Shown here in pieces: positions 35,756-44,239 of a DNA stretch of 64,000 bases. The stretch's first letter is position 1; each line of letters starts with the position of its first letter. Source of the DNA: Gammaproteobacteria bacterium (GTDB lineage Bacteria > Pseudomonadota > Gammaproteobacteria > Steroidobacterales > Steroidobacteraceae); NCBI GenBank assembly GCA_004297335.1, contig SCUD01000069.1, positions 39,611 to 103,610 on the forward strand, given 5' to 3'. The notes below the pieces were generated by a model, which was given only the letters and a program-made list of their open reading frames with translations, ran no database searches and had not been told where the DNA came from. The translations under genes and the position numbers were made by a program.

Positions 35756-37030
35756 TCAGGCCGCCAGCCGCTTGGCTTCCAGCATCTGGAAGTACGACTC
35801 GAGGCGATTCTTGATGTTGGCGGCGCTGAAGTAGCGCGGATCCACGAGGTCACTCTCGATGAACGCACCGGCCTTGCCAGTGCGCTTCTCCAGCTCGCGC
35901 AGCATCATCAGCTGACCGGCCGAGAACGAATTGCAGCTCTTGATCGAGTTGAACAGGAAGCCATCGGCCTCGTAGTCATTGATGTACTGCTCGATCAGGT
36001 CGATGCGCGACGGCAGGTTGCGGTTGGTATAGCAGCCAAGGCAGTACTCGGCCAGCGTATCGAAAGGATGCCGCGGGTCATGGCGGAAGCCCTTGTCGTA
36101 CAGGCCGCCCACCTTGGTGTAGGTCGAGGCCACCATGACCACGCCCTCGTCGTAGAAGATCTTCCAGAACTCGCGGAAGCTGGTCCAGTTCGGCGGCCCC
36201 TCGGCCACGATCCGGTACTTCTGCTGTCGCAGCTCGCCCTCCGGCGTGGTCGGGCCCATGCCGTGCGCGACCCGGTACTCGACCTCCTCGCGCAGCGCCC
36301 GGTAGTACCCCTCGCAGTCGGGAATGCCGCGGAACGCGGTGAAGATCGGGCCGATGTAGTAGACGCCACCGAAGTAGCCGTCGATCGGCGATGGCCGGTG
36401 CTTGGCCGACTCCCAGACCTTGACCAGGTCGTCCTCGGCCCGGGCCGAACTCGCCAGCAGCTCGGACAGCCGGTCCTCGTCGAGCTTCTTGCCCGACACC
36501 TGCTCCAGCGCCGGCACGACGATCTCGCGCAGCTGGCGCGCGACGTAGTCGCGCATCGACGGCGTGATCCGCCCGTCGCCCTGGTAGGGCACCTGCAGCA
36601 TCACCATCGGGCAGTTATATTCCTGCTTCAGCAGCTCGAACCACTTCATGAAGGTGAAGCAGCCCGTATACGAGAGCAGCAGCAGGTCCGGTTCCGGCAG
36701 CGGCTCGCCGGTCGGCCCGAGGTTGCCCTTCTTGAGCATGCCAATGTCGCACTTGACGTAGGTGCAGACGTCCTCGGAGTGGCCGAGCTTCTCGGCCTCC
36801 TGGATGTAGTCCCCGCTCAGCTTGCGCATGCCCGACTGCAGCGCGTTCACCTCTGGATGCACGGGCAGCATGTCGAAGGCCAGGATCAGTTCGTTGAGGT
36901 TGCCGGGCACGAAGGTGTAGACGACCTTGCGGCCCTCCGCCTTCGCCCGCGACAGCTTCTCGTAGTGGTCGCCGAGCATCTTCTTCTGCAGAATCATGCT
37001 CTCTTCTTTCTGGACGGTGGCGTCGCTCAT
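35756..37030 (-). CDS. bcrB: class I benzoyl-CoA reductase-type subunit B
   Basis: BcrB/BadE-like sequence (KVVYTFVPGNLNELILAFDMLPVHPE, SEDVCTYVKCD, LLLSYTGCFTFMKW). The start at 37030 (TGATG coupling to bcrC) is preferred over 37045. Confidence 0.85.
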   Translation of the reverse strand: MSDATVQKEESMILQKKMLGDHYEKLSRAKAEGRKVVYTFVPGNLNELILAFDMLPVHPEVNALQSGMRKLSGDYIQEAEKLGHSEDVCTYVKCDIGMLKKGNLGPTGEPLPEPDLLLLSYTGCFTFMKWFELLKQEYNCPMVMLQVPYQGDGRITPSMRDYVARQLREIVVPALEQVSGKKLDEDRLSELLASSARAEDDLVKVWESAKHRPSPIDGYFGGVYYIGPIFTAFRGIPDCEGYYRALREEVEYRVAHGMGPTTPEGELRQQKYRIVAEGPPNWTSFREFWKIFYDEGVVMVASTYTKVGGLYDKGFRHDPRHPFDTLAEYCLGCYTNRNLPSRIDLIEQYINDYEADGFLFNSIKSCNSFSAGQLMMLRELEKRTGKAGAFIESDLVDPRYFSAANIKNRLESYFQMLEAKRLAA

Positions 37031-38187
37031 CAGACGGTCCCCCATAGCTTGATGGAATCGGCGAAAGTACCGGCCTGCTCCTTGATCACCTGGATCTGGC
37101 CGGTATTCTCGGAATAAGTGAAGGCGGTAAATGGAATGCCCGCCTCGGTCAACGCGCGCTGCCCCATCGGTCGGTCGAGCAGCGCCGGATCGCAGAAACT
37201 GGCGGCGGCGAAGATCACGCCCTCGGCATTACGGCGCCGCGCCTGCTCGACCAGGAAATCGCCGTTGTGACCATCGTCGACGTAGCGCGTCGAGGTCTGC
37301 ACCGTGTCCTTCATGTAGGCCTCGACCAGCGCGCCCAGTGGGTCATCCGACTGCGGCGTCTCGCCGAGCTGGTAGCGCGCGCCGAGCACCCAGTCGTCGT
37401 CGACGATGTAGCAGCCGCTGCCCTCCATCGCGCGCACCATGCTGAGCGGCGGCTGTTCGCAGAACAGGCCCGACACGACCACTCGCACGTTGTCGCGCAG
37501 CGGCCGGTCTGCCTGGCGGGCCGCGTCGAGATAGGCACGCAGCATCGCGGTGTGCTCGGTCACCTCGAGGACATTGCCCGCGCGCAGCAGCAGGTAGAGC
37601 TCCGACGTCGGCACCCGGTGCGGCTCCTCGGCGCGCAGGTCGTACAGCTCGGCCAGTGCCCGGCGATTCTCGTTGTACAGGACAATGGAACGGTTCAGCC
37701 GCTCCGGTGTCACCTCGACGCCCGACAGCTGCTGCAGGTCGTGCTGCAGCTCCTGCAGTTCGGCACGGTAGAAATCCCGTCCCGGACCGACCCAGCTCTG
37801 CGGAAAGTCCATGTAGCGGACATAGCGGTCCGGGAACATGATCTGCCACATGCCGCTCAGGTTGCGGATCACATCGCAGATCGCCGGGAACAGCATGCCG
37901 TCCAGGCAGGCGAGCTTGCCGGCCAGGCCGAGCTCGACGGTCGAGCGCGGCAGGTGGCAGATATAGGACTGGAAGTAGGCGTCGCCACGGATGATCTCCA
38001 TCGCGTCACCGCCGCCCATGATGCCGACCGGCAGCATGCCCGCGGCATGGATCACTTCGCGCGGCACGTAGACCGGCATGAAGCCCATCGCTTTGGCCCC
38101 GTGCCGCTGCTTCCAGTCGCGGACATAGCCGAAGTCGAGGTCGTTATAGATGTCCTCGCACTGCTCGACGATCGCTCGAATGCTCAT
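37030..38187 (-). CDS. bcrC: class I benzoyl-CoA reductase-type subunit C
   Basis: BcrC/BadD-like sequence (AMGFMPVYVPREVIHAAGMLPVGIMGG, FQSYICHLPRS). The ATG at 38187 lies 5 nt after the TetR stop. Confidence 0.85.
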   Translation of the reverse strand: MSIRAIVEQCEDIYNDLDFGYVRDWKQRHGAKAMGFMPVYVPREVIHAAGMLPVGIMGGGDAMEIIRGDAYFQSYICHLPRSTVELGLAGKLACLDGMLFPAICDVIRNLSGMWQIMFPDRYVRYMDFPQSWVGPGRDFYRAELQELQHDLQQLSGVEVTPERLNRSIVLYNENRRALAELYDLRAEEPHRVPTSELYLLLRAGNVLEVTEHTAMLRAYLDAARQADRPLRDNVRVVVSGLFCEQPPLSMVRAMEGSGCYIVDDDWVLGARYQLGETPQSDDPLGALVEAYMKDTVQTSTRYVDDGHNGDFLVEQARRRNAEGVIFAAASFCDPALLDRPMGQRALTEAGIPFTAFTYSENTGQIQVIKEQAGTFADSIKLWGTV

Positions 38188-38191
38188 GTCG

Positions 38192-38845
38192 CTACTCGCT
38201 GGTTGTGACCACCGGGCTTGAGGCCAGGCAGCCCTGGGTGAAGATTCCAAAGATGTCCGTGGTCAGGTCCCGGGGCGAGCCCAGCTCGTCGACCGCATAC
38301 CAGCCAAAGACCCAGTTCATCATGCCGAACAGCAGCCAGGCCTTGCGCTCGACCTCGGAGCGCGCAGTTCCGGGAGCGTATACCGCCATGTACTCGCTGA
38401 CCGCATAGCTCAGCACGTCCGAATAGCGCTGCTTCAGGCGGCGCACCGCTTCGCCGTGCGCCGGGCTCATCGGCTGCGTGCCGAGCATCAGGACCCGCAT
38501 CTCACTGCGATGCCGGCTGAAGTAATCGACGTGCGCCGTGATCAGGTCCCGCAGCAGCCCGGCCACTTCGCTCGTGCCCGCCGGCCGCCGCCGGACCTCG
38601 GCCCGGTAGGCGTCGCGCAGCCGCTCCGCATTGCTGAGCAGCGACGAGAAACCGCGCTCGTTGATCAGGTACAGCAGGTCTTCCTTGCTCGCGAAATGGT
38701 GGTAGAGGCCGGACAGGCTCCGCCCGGTCGTCCGCGCGAGATCGCGCATGCTGGTGCCGTGATAGCCCTGCCGCGCCATCAGCGCGGCGCACTGCGACAA
38801 AATGTCATCCGGGCAGTGCGCGACCTGACGCGCCGGCGCGCTCAT
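38192..38845 (-). CDS. TetR/AcrR family transcriptional regulator
   Basis: HTH segment ILSQCAALMARQGYHGTSMRDLARTTGRSLSGLYHHF. The ATG at 38845 lies 2 nt after the upstream stop. Confidence 0.8.
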   Translation of the reverse strand: MSAPARQVAHCPDDILSQCAALMARQGYHGTSMRDLARTTGRSLSGLYHHFASKEDLLYLINERGFSSLLSNAERLRDAYRAEVRRRPAGTSEVAGLLRDLITAHVDYFSRHRSEMRVLMLGTQPMSPAHGEAVRRLKQRYSDVLSYAVSEYMAVYAPGTARSEVERKAWLLFGMMNWVFGWYAVDELGSPRDLTTDIFGIFTQGCLASSPVVTTSE

Positions 38846-38846
38846 T

Positions 38847-39623
38847 TCAGGCGTCCTGCCAGCGCGGCGCGCGTTTCTCGATGAAGGCAGTGATGCCCTC
38901 ATTGGCGTCGGCGGTTGCCACCAGCTCGTCCAGATACAGCGCCTCGGCTGCACCGATCTGGGTCCGGTAGTGCGCGGCCACCGTCGCCCGCGTCACGCGG
39001 TGAGCGCAGCGCAGGCTCGACGCGCTGCGCGGCAGCAGGTTCTTTTCCAGGTAGGCGTCCACCGCCGCTGCCAGTCCGCCCACCTCGGCCTGCACGGCGA
39101 GCAGGCCGTACTGCCCGAGAACCGCGGTATCCAGGGTCTCCGAGGCCAGCACCATGCGCGGCGCGAGTGCGGCACCGGCCATCTGCGGCAGCAGCACCGC
39201 CGCCACCGGCGGGAACACGCCGAGCTGGATCTCCGGCACTGCGAAACGCGCGCTGCCATCGGCACACAGGAAGGTGCAGGCCAGGGCCAGTTCGAAACCA
39301 CCTCCCAGGCAGCGCCCGCTGACCTGCGCGATCGTCGATACCGGATGCTCCAGCAGCTCGCCGATCAGCGCGTGGAACACCGGCAGCATCTGCCCGACCT
39401 CGTCCGCGGTATGTTCGGCGACGCTCGCGCCATAGCAGAAGTGCGCGCCAGCGCCGCGCAGGACCATGGCCTTGCGCCGCGACGGCGCGCGCTCCGCGGC
39501 CAGCAGACCGCGCAGCTCCGTCATCATCGCCGAGCTCAGGATGTTGGCTGGCGGCGCATTCAGGGCCACTTCCAGCACCTGGCCATCGAAGCGTTCCCTG
39601 AGTGCCAGCGTTGCGTAGCTCAT
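38847..39623 (-). CDS. crotonase, cyclohexa-1,5-diene-1-carbonyl-CoA hydratase (Dch)-like
   Basis: 258 aa. The blocks GAHFCYGASVAEH, VPEIQLGVFPPVAA, SASSLRCA and EALYLDELVATADANEGITAFIEKR match my recollection of Dch-type hydratases better than generic crotonases. First gene of the long minus-strand cluster. Confidence 0.65.
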   Translation of the reverse strand: MSYATLALRERFDGQVLEVALNAPPANILSSAMMTELRGLLAAERAPSRRKAMVLRGAGAHFCYGASVAEHTADEVGQMLPVFHALIGELLEHPVSTIAQVSGRCLGGGFELALACTFLCADGSARFAVPEIQLGVFPPVAAVLLPQMAGAALAPRMVLASETLDTAVLGQYGLLAVQAEVGGLAAAVDAYLEKNLLPRSASSLRCAHRVTRATVAAHYRTQIGAAEALYLDELVATADANEGITAFIEKRAPRWQDA

Positions 39624-39659
39624 CGAGGCTCCCGGCTGCCTGTCCTGGTACCCGACCGA

Positions 39660-39675
39660 CCGAACGATCGTTCGG
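39660..39675. promoter_or_regulatory. perfect 16-bp palindrome CCGAACGATCGTTCGG, candidate TetR operator
   Basis: Read directly from the sequence. It lies 37-52 nt upstream of the Dch-like start (39623), in the divergent intergenic region of the operon that contains a TetR gene. Confidence 0.45.
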
Positions 39676-39789
39676 GTGGCGCAGACTGTACACGCTCGCA
39701 CCGGCCTGTGCAACCGGAAATTTCCCGCTCGAGCCAGCCGGCGGCGGTTGACGCCCCCCACCCGACCGCAGTACTGTTCTGAAAACTAT

Positions 39790-39810
39790 ATGTACCATCA
39801 TCTGGTACAT
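39790..39810. promoter_or_regulatory. inverted repeat ATGTACCA-TCATC-TGGTACAT, candidate operator upstream of the SDR/BKACE operon
   Basis: Perfect 8-bp arms with a 5-nt spacer, in a locally AT-richer stretch. It ends 29 nt before the ATG at 39839. Confidence 0.4.
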
Positions 39811-39838
39811 CAGTACTCGTTGCACAGGAACCCTGCTC

Positions 39839-40639
39839 ATGCTGAGTTGCGCGGAGAATCCCGTCGAACTGTTCTCGGTACGCGGTCGCAGCGCCCTCGT
39901 CGCGGGCGCCACCGGCGCCTTCGGCGAGATTGCGGCCGAGGCCCTCGCCCGCGCTGGCGCCCGCGTCTTGCTGGCCGGCGCGGCAAGGGACCGCCTCGAG
40001 GCACTGGCCGGGCGCCTGCGCACCGGTGGCGCGACCGTGGCCACCGAGGCGCAGCGGCCCGACAGCGAGGCCAGCTGCGAGGCGCTGGTCGCCGCTACGG
40101 TCCGAGAGTTCGGCGGACTCGACATCCTGGTGGTCGCCTCGGGCATCAACGACGTGGCGCCGATCGGCGAGCTGACACCGGACCGCTGGCAGGCGGTGAT
40201 GGACGCCAATGTGCGGGGACCCTGGTTGCTTTGCCGCGCCGCCGGGCGGCAATTCGTTGGGCAGGCTCGCGGTGGCAAGGTCGTGCTGGTTTCCTCGGCG
40301 CGGGGCCTGCTCGGCCATCCGGCCGGCTACACCGCCTACTGTCCGTCGAAATCGGCAGTGGACGGGCTGGTGCGCGCGCTCGGCTGCGAATGGGGGCGGC
40401 ACCGGATCAACGTCAACGCGATCGCTCCGACTGTCTTCCGCTCGCCGCTGACCGCCTGGATGTTCGGCGACGACGAACGCGCCCGGACCACGAGGACGGC
40501 CTTCCTGCAGCGCATCCCGCTCGGCCGCCTCGGCGAGCCCGCCGACCTGGCCGGGGCACTGTTGTATCTTTGCTCCGCGGCCTCGGATTTCATGACCGGC
40601 CAGGTGCTCCGGCCGGATGGCGGCTATACGGCAGGTTGA
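39839..40639 (+). CDS. short-chain dehydrogenase/reductase (SDR)
   Basis: GATGAFG cofactor loop, an ASGIN variant of NNAG, YxxxK (YCPSK) and C-terminal PADLAGALLYLCSAASDFMTGQ. Confidence 0.85.
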   Translation: MLSCAENPVELFSVRGRSALVAGATGAFGEIAAEALARAGARVLLAGAARDRLEALAGRLRTGGATVATEAQRPDSEASCEALVAATVREFGGLDILVVASGINDVAPIGELTPDRWQAVMDANVRGPWLLCRAAGRQFVGQARGGKVVLVSSARGLLGHPAGYTAYCPSKSAVDGLVRALGCEWGRHRINVNAIAPTVFRSPLTAWMFGDDERARTTRTAFLQRIPLGRLGEPADLAGALLYLCSAASDFMTGQVLRPDGGYTAG

Positions 40640-40643
40640 GACG

Positions 40644-41549
40644 ATGGACGATCGGATCGCGGTGATCGGCGCGGGACTGATGGGGGCCGGCATCGCCCAG
40701 GTCTTCGCCGCGCGCGGCTACCCGGTGACGGTCTTCGACCCGCTGGAGGAAGCCCGCGCCGCCCTGCCCGGACGGATTGCAGCGAACCTGCGCCTGCTCA
40801 GTGCGCCAGCACTGCCGGAGGATCTCGTCCGCACCGAGGCAACACTCCCCGCTGCTGTGGCCGGGGCCACCGTGGTATTCGAGGCCGCGCCGGAGAAGCT
40901 CGCGCTGAAGCAGTCGATTTTTGCCGAGCTCGCCACGGCGACGGGTCCCGACTGCATCCTGGCCAGCAACACTTCGGTGATCCCGATCACGCGGATCGCC
41001 GAGCCGCTCCCCGACGCCGGGCGCGTAATTGGTACGCACTGGTGGAATCCGCCCTTCCTGGTGCCGCTGGTCGAGGTCGTCGCTGCCGAACGGTCCGGGC
41101 AGCACTACGTGGACCGGATGATGGAACTGCTGGCCCGCGTCGGCAAGAAGCCGGTGCGGGTCCGGCGCGATGTCCCTGGCTTCGTCGGCAACCGGCTGCA
41201 GCACGCGCTCTGGCGTGAGGCACAGGCGCTCATCGCCGATGGTGTCTGCGACGCCGAGACCGTCGACGACGTCGTCAAGAACAGCTTCGGCCTGCGCCTC
41301 GCGGTACTGGGACCGATCGAGAACGCCGACCTCGTCGGGCTTGACCTGACGCTCGACATCCATCGCACGATCATTCCGGAACTCAGCTCGCTGTCGGGCC
41401 CGAATCCCCTGCTCGAGCAGCTGGTCGATCAGGGGCGGCTCGGCTTCAAGACCGGCGGTGGCTTCCGGGACTGGACTCCGGAACAGGTGAGCGAGGTCCG
41501 TGAGCGCCTGCTGCGGCACCTGCAGCAGGCCGTGCGCGGAACGGATTGA
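40644..41549 (+). CDS. 3-hydroxyacyl-CoA dehydrogenase family protein (also the family of L-carnitine dehydrogenase)
   Basis: IAVIGAGLMGAGIAQVF Rossmann fold, SNTS and HWWNPP motifs. 301 aa from the ATG at 40644. Confidence 0.85.
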   Translation: MDDRIAVIGAGLMGAGIAQVFAARGYPVTVFDPLEEARAALPGRIAANLRLLSAPALPEDLVRTEATLPAAVAGATVVFEAAPEKLALKQSIFAELATATGPDCILASNTSVIPITRIAEPLPDAGRVIGTHWWNPPFLVPLVEVVAAERSGQHYVDRMMELLARVGKKPVRVRRDVPGFVGNRLQHALWREAQALIADGVCDAETVDDVVKNSFGLRLAVLGPIENADLVGLDLTLDIHRTIIPELSSLSGPNPLLEQLVDQGRLGFKTGGGFRDWTPEQVSEVRERLLRHLQQAVRGTD

Positions 41550-41571
41550 CGGAACGGGACGGAGGCTGCCG

Positions 41572-43050
41572 ATGAACTATCCGCTGCTGATCGCCGTGCT
41601 GGCCTACGAGGTCGTCGTGATCGTCGGGCTCGGCCTGTGGATCCAGCGCCAGCAGGCGGAGCGCCAGGCGCGGGACCAGTTCGCACTGGCCGGGCGCAGC
41701 CTGCCGATGCCGGTGGTCGCGATCACGCTGGCCCTGACCGTGCTTGGCACCGCACACATCCTCGGCGTATTCGAGATGGCCTGGATTCTCGGCGCCGCGG
41801 CCGTGTGGTTCAGCCTGGCGCATGTCGTGCTGCTCGTACTCGTCTGTCTGGGCACCGGCTTGTGGGTCCGGCGGCTCGGACTCACGACGGTTCCGGAACT
41901 CCTCGATCGGGCCTACGGAACCGAGACGCGGCTGCTGGTCTCCTGCGTGATGGCCGGCGTGCTGTTCGGCATCCTGACCGTCGAGGCCCAGGGCATCGGC
42001 ATCATCTTCGAGTCGCTGACCCGCTGGGGCATCCGCACCGGCGCCGTCGTCGGCGGAGTCATCGGCATCCTGTACGTGATCCTCGCCGGCATGAAGGAGA
42101 TCGGCTGGGTCAACCTCGTCAACGCCGTCATCATGTATGCGGGACTGGTGCTGGCGACGATTTTCATCGCGCTGCGCCTGCCCGGCGACGGCTTCGACAC
42201 GGTCGGGGAGTTCTACCTGCAGGCCGGCGAACCGCACATGCTGTCGATCTTCGGCAATACGCAGATCTTCATGACCTTCGTGCTTGGCACGCTGGTCGCG
42301 GTCGTGTTCAGCCAGGGCATCAACCAGATGCTGCTGCAGCCGGCGATGGCCGCCGAATCCGAGGCGACGATCCGGCGCTCGCTGTGGATCGCCGCGCCGG
42401 TCAACGGCATGTTCGGTGTGTTTGCGGTGGCGCTCGGGCTCGCCGCGAAGTCCATCCCCGAGTTCAATGCGCTCGGCCCCAAGGTCGCGACCACCGCGAT
42501 GCTGGTGCAGTTGCTGCCGGGCTGGCTCGCGGCGCTGCTGCTCGCTTCCTTCCTCGCGGCGATCCTCTCGACCTTCGCCATGGTCGCGCTCGCCATTGCG
42601 ACCCTGTTCACCAACGACATCGTGCGGCCGCTGTACCTGCCGCAGGCTTCGGAGGCCCGCATCACCTTGATCATCCGCATGGTCATCATCGCGGTCGGCG
42701 TGGTCGCGATCAGTGTCGCCGCGCTGCTGCCGCCGATCCTGGCAGCCATGAACTGGCTGTTCTCGTGGCTGGTCCCGGTATTCTGGGTCGTGATCGCCGG
42801 GCTGTTCTGGCGCCACAGCCAGCCGCTCGCCATCACCACGCTGCTGGCCGCCTGGGCGGCGAACTCCGCCTGGTCCTTTACCGGGTTGCCGGCGCAGCTC
42901 GGTGTGGCGGACCTGCCCAATGCCTATGTCACTTTGGCAGTGACCTTGGTGGTCCTGGCCGTGGGTAGCCTGCTGGGCCCTGGCCGGCCCGGCTACCTGC
43001 GGCAGCAGCAGGCCGCCGTACAGTCACCAGCCGCCGGCGCAGCGGCCTGA
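41572..43050 (+). CDS. sodium:solute symporter (SSS) family transporter
   Basis: Polytopic hydrophobic protein. The N-terminus (LLIAVLAYEVVVIVGLGLWIQR...FALAGRSLP) is typical of SSS carriers. A GGAGG RBS lies before the ATG at 41572. Confidence 0.85.
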   Translation: MNYPLLIAVLAYEVVVIVGLGLWIQRQQAERQARDQFALAGRSLPMPVVAITLALTVLGTAHILGVFEMAWILGAAAVWFSLAHVVLLVLVCLGTGLWVRRLGLTTVPELLDRAYGTETRLLVSCVMAGVLFGILTVEAQGIGIIFESLTRWGIRTGAVVGGVIGILYVILAGMKEIGWVNLVNAVIMYAGLVLATIFIALRLPGDGFDTVGEFYLQAGEPHMLSIFGNTQIFMTFVLGTLVAVVFSQGINQMLLQPAMAAESEATIRRSLWIAAPVNGMFGVFAVALGLAAKSIPEFNALGPKVATTAMLVQLLPGWLAALLLASFLAAILSTFAMVALAIATLFTNDIVRPLYLPQASEARITLIIRMVIIAVGVVAISVAALLPPILAAMNWLFSWLVPVFWVVIAGLFWRHSQPLAITTLLAAWAANSAWSFTGLPAQLGVADLPNAYVTLAVTLVVLAVGSLLGPGRPGYLRQQQAAVQSPAAGAAA

Positions 43051-43063
43051 GGGAGATACGGTG

Positions 43064-43162
43064 ATGTTCTGGTCCATCTTCTTCGAGAGTCTCGCCCTGA
43101 TCCTGGTGGTGGTCGCTGCTGGCCAGCTGCTGGCGATGCTGCTGCGACGGAGGAAACCCTGA
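43064..43162 (+). CDS. candidate 32-aa single-TM micro-protein (MFWSIFFESLALILVVVAAGQLLAMLLRRRKP)
   Basis: It is below the ORF-track threshold, so I translated it by hand. A GGAG RBS lies 8 nt upstream, starting 13 nt after the SSS stop. Hydrophobic helix plus basic tail. Confidence 0.4.
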   Translation: MFWSIFFESLALILVVVAAGQLLAMLLRRRKP

Positions 43163-43299
43163 TGGAAGAACTGCGCGTCACGCAATACTGGATGCTCGGA
43201 GTGGTCGCGACCATGGCGGTGTTCGCGATCGTGGCACTGATCGGATATCTGCGCCGCGGCCGCGGCAGGGTGAATCACCATGACAACCAGGTCCCGTAA
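43162..43299 (+). CDS. candidate 45-aa single-TM micro-protein (MEELRVTQYWMLGVVATMAVFAIVALIGYLRRGRGRVNHHDNQVP)
   Basis: The ATG overlaps the previous stop (TGATG). A GGAGGA RBS lies 7 nt upstream. One predicted TM helix and a basic tail. The 3' end overlaps the BKACE start by 20 nt. Confidence 0.4.
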   Translation: MEELRVTQYWMLGVVATMAVFAIVALIGYLRRGRGRVNHHDNQVP

Positions 43300-44221
43300 G
43301 GTCATCATCACCTGCGCCATCACCGGCGCAATCCATACGCCGACGATGTCGGACGCCCTGCCCTACCGCTCCGAAGACATCGCCGGACAGGCGATCGACG
43401 CGGCCCGGGCCGGCGCCGCGGTGCTGCACCTGCATGCGCGCAATCCCGAGAACGGCGCGGTGTCGCTGGACCCGGCGCATTTCATGCGCTTCCTGCCGCA
43501 GATCAGCGCCAGCACCGACGCGGTGATCAACATCTCGACTGGCGGCAGCCTGCACACCACCATCGACGACCGCATCAAGCCGGCGAAGCAGGCCTCGCCA
43601 GAGATGTGCTCGCTGAACATGGGCAGCATGAACTTCTCATTCCACCCGCTCGCGCGCCGCTACCAGGACTGGAAGTTCGACTGGGAGCGCGACTACGTCG
43701 CCAACTCCGACACCTACATCTTCCGCAACACCTTCCGGGACATCGCCACGGTCGCCCGGGAACTCGGCAGCGACGAGCACCGCGTCAAGTTCGAGCACGA
43801 GTGCTACGACGTCGGCCACCTCTACAACCTGCGCTTCTGCATGGACGAGGGTCTGTTCCAGCCGCCGGTCTTCATCCAGTTCATCTGCGGCATCCTCGGC
43901 GGCATCGGCCCCGACCTCGACAATCTGCTGTTCATGAAGCGGACCGCCGACCGGCTTTTCGGGAACGACTACCGCTGGTCCGTGCTGGGTGCCGGCGGGG
44001 CGCAGATTCCGCTGGCGACGCAGGCCGTCATGATGGGTGGCAACGTGCGCGTCGGGCTCGAGGACTCGCTGTTCATCGGCCGCGGGCAGCTGGCCTCGTC
44101 GAATGCCGAGCAGGTCAGCAAGGTTCGCCGCCTGATCGAGGAACTGGGCTACGAGGTCGCGACCCCGGACGACGCCCGCAGGATCCTCGCGCTGAAGGGG
44201 CGCGACCAGATCCGCTTCTAA
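43280..44221 (+). CDS. beta-keto acid cleavage enzyme (BKACE, 3-keto-5-aminohexanoate cleavage / DUF849 family)
   Basis: VIITCAITGAIHTP, LHLHARNPENG and SLNMGSMNF are hallmark BKACE blocks. Confidence 0.85.
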   Translation: MTTRSRKVIITCAITGAIHTPTMSDALPYRSEDIAGQAIDAARAGAAVLHLHARNPENGAVSLDPAHFMRFLPQISASTDAVINISTGGSLHTTIDDRIKPAKQASPEMCSLNMGSMNFSFHPLARRYQDWKFDWERDYVANSDTYIFRNTFRDIATVARELGSDEHRVKFEHECYDVGHLYNLRFCMDEGLFQPPVFIQFICGILGGIGPDLDNLLFMKRTADRLFGNDYRWSVLGAGGAQIPLATQAVMMGGNVRVGLEDSLFIGRGQLASSNAEQVSKVRRLIEELGYEVATPDDARRILALKGRDQIRF

Positions 44222-44239
44222 GCCCGCGAAAACGCCGCC

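Noticed and set aside
38899-42816. Long minus-strand ORFs 38899-40278 (459 aa), 39620-40693 (357 aa), 40590-41519 (309 aa) and 41446-42816 (456 aa)
   Set aside because: They overlap the Dch-like, SDR, HAD and SSS genes in other frames or on the other strand. The translations are Arg/Pro/Gly-rich with no domains.
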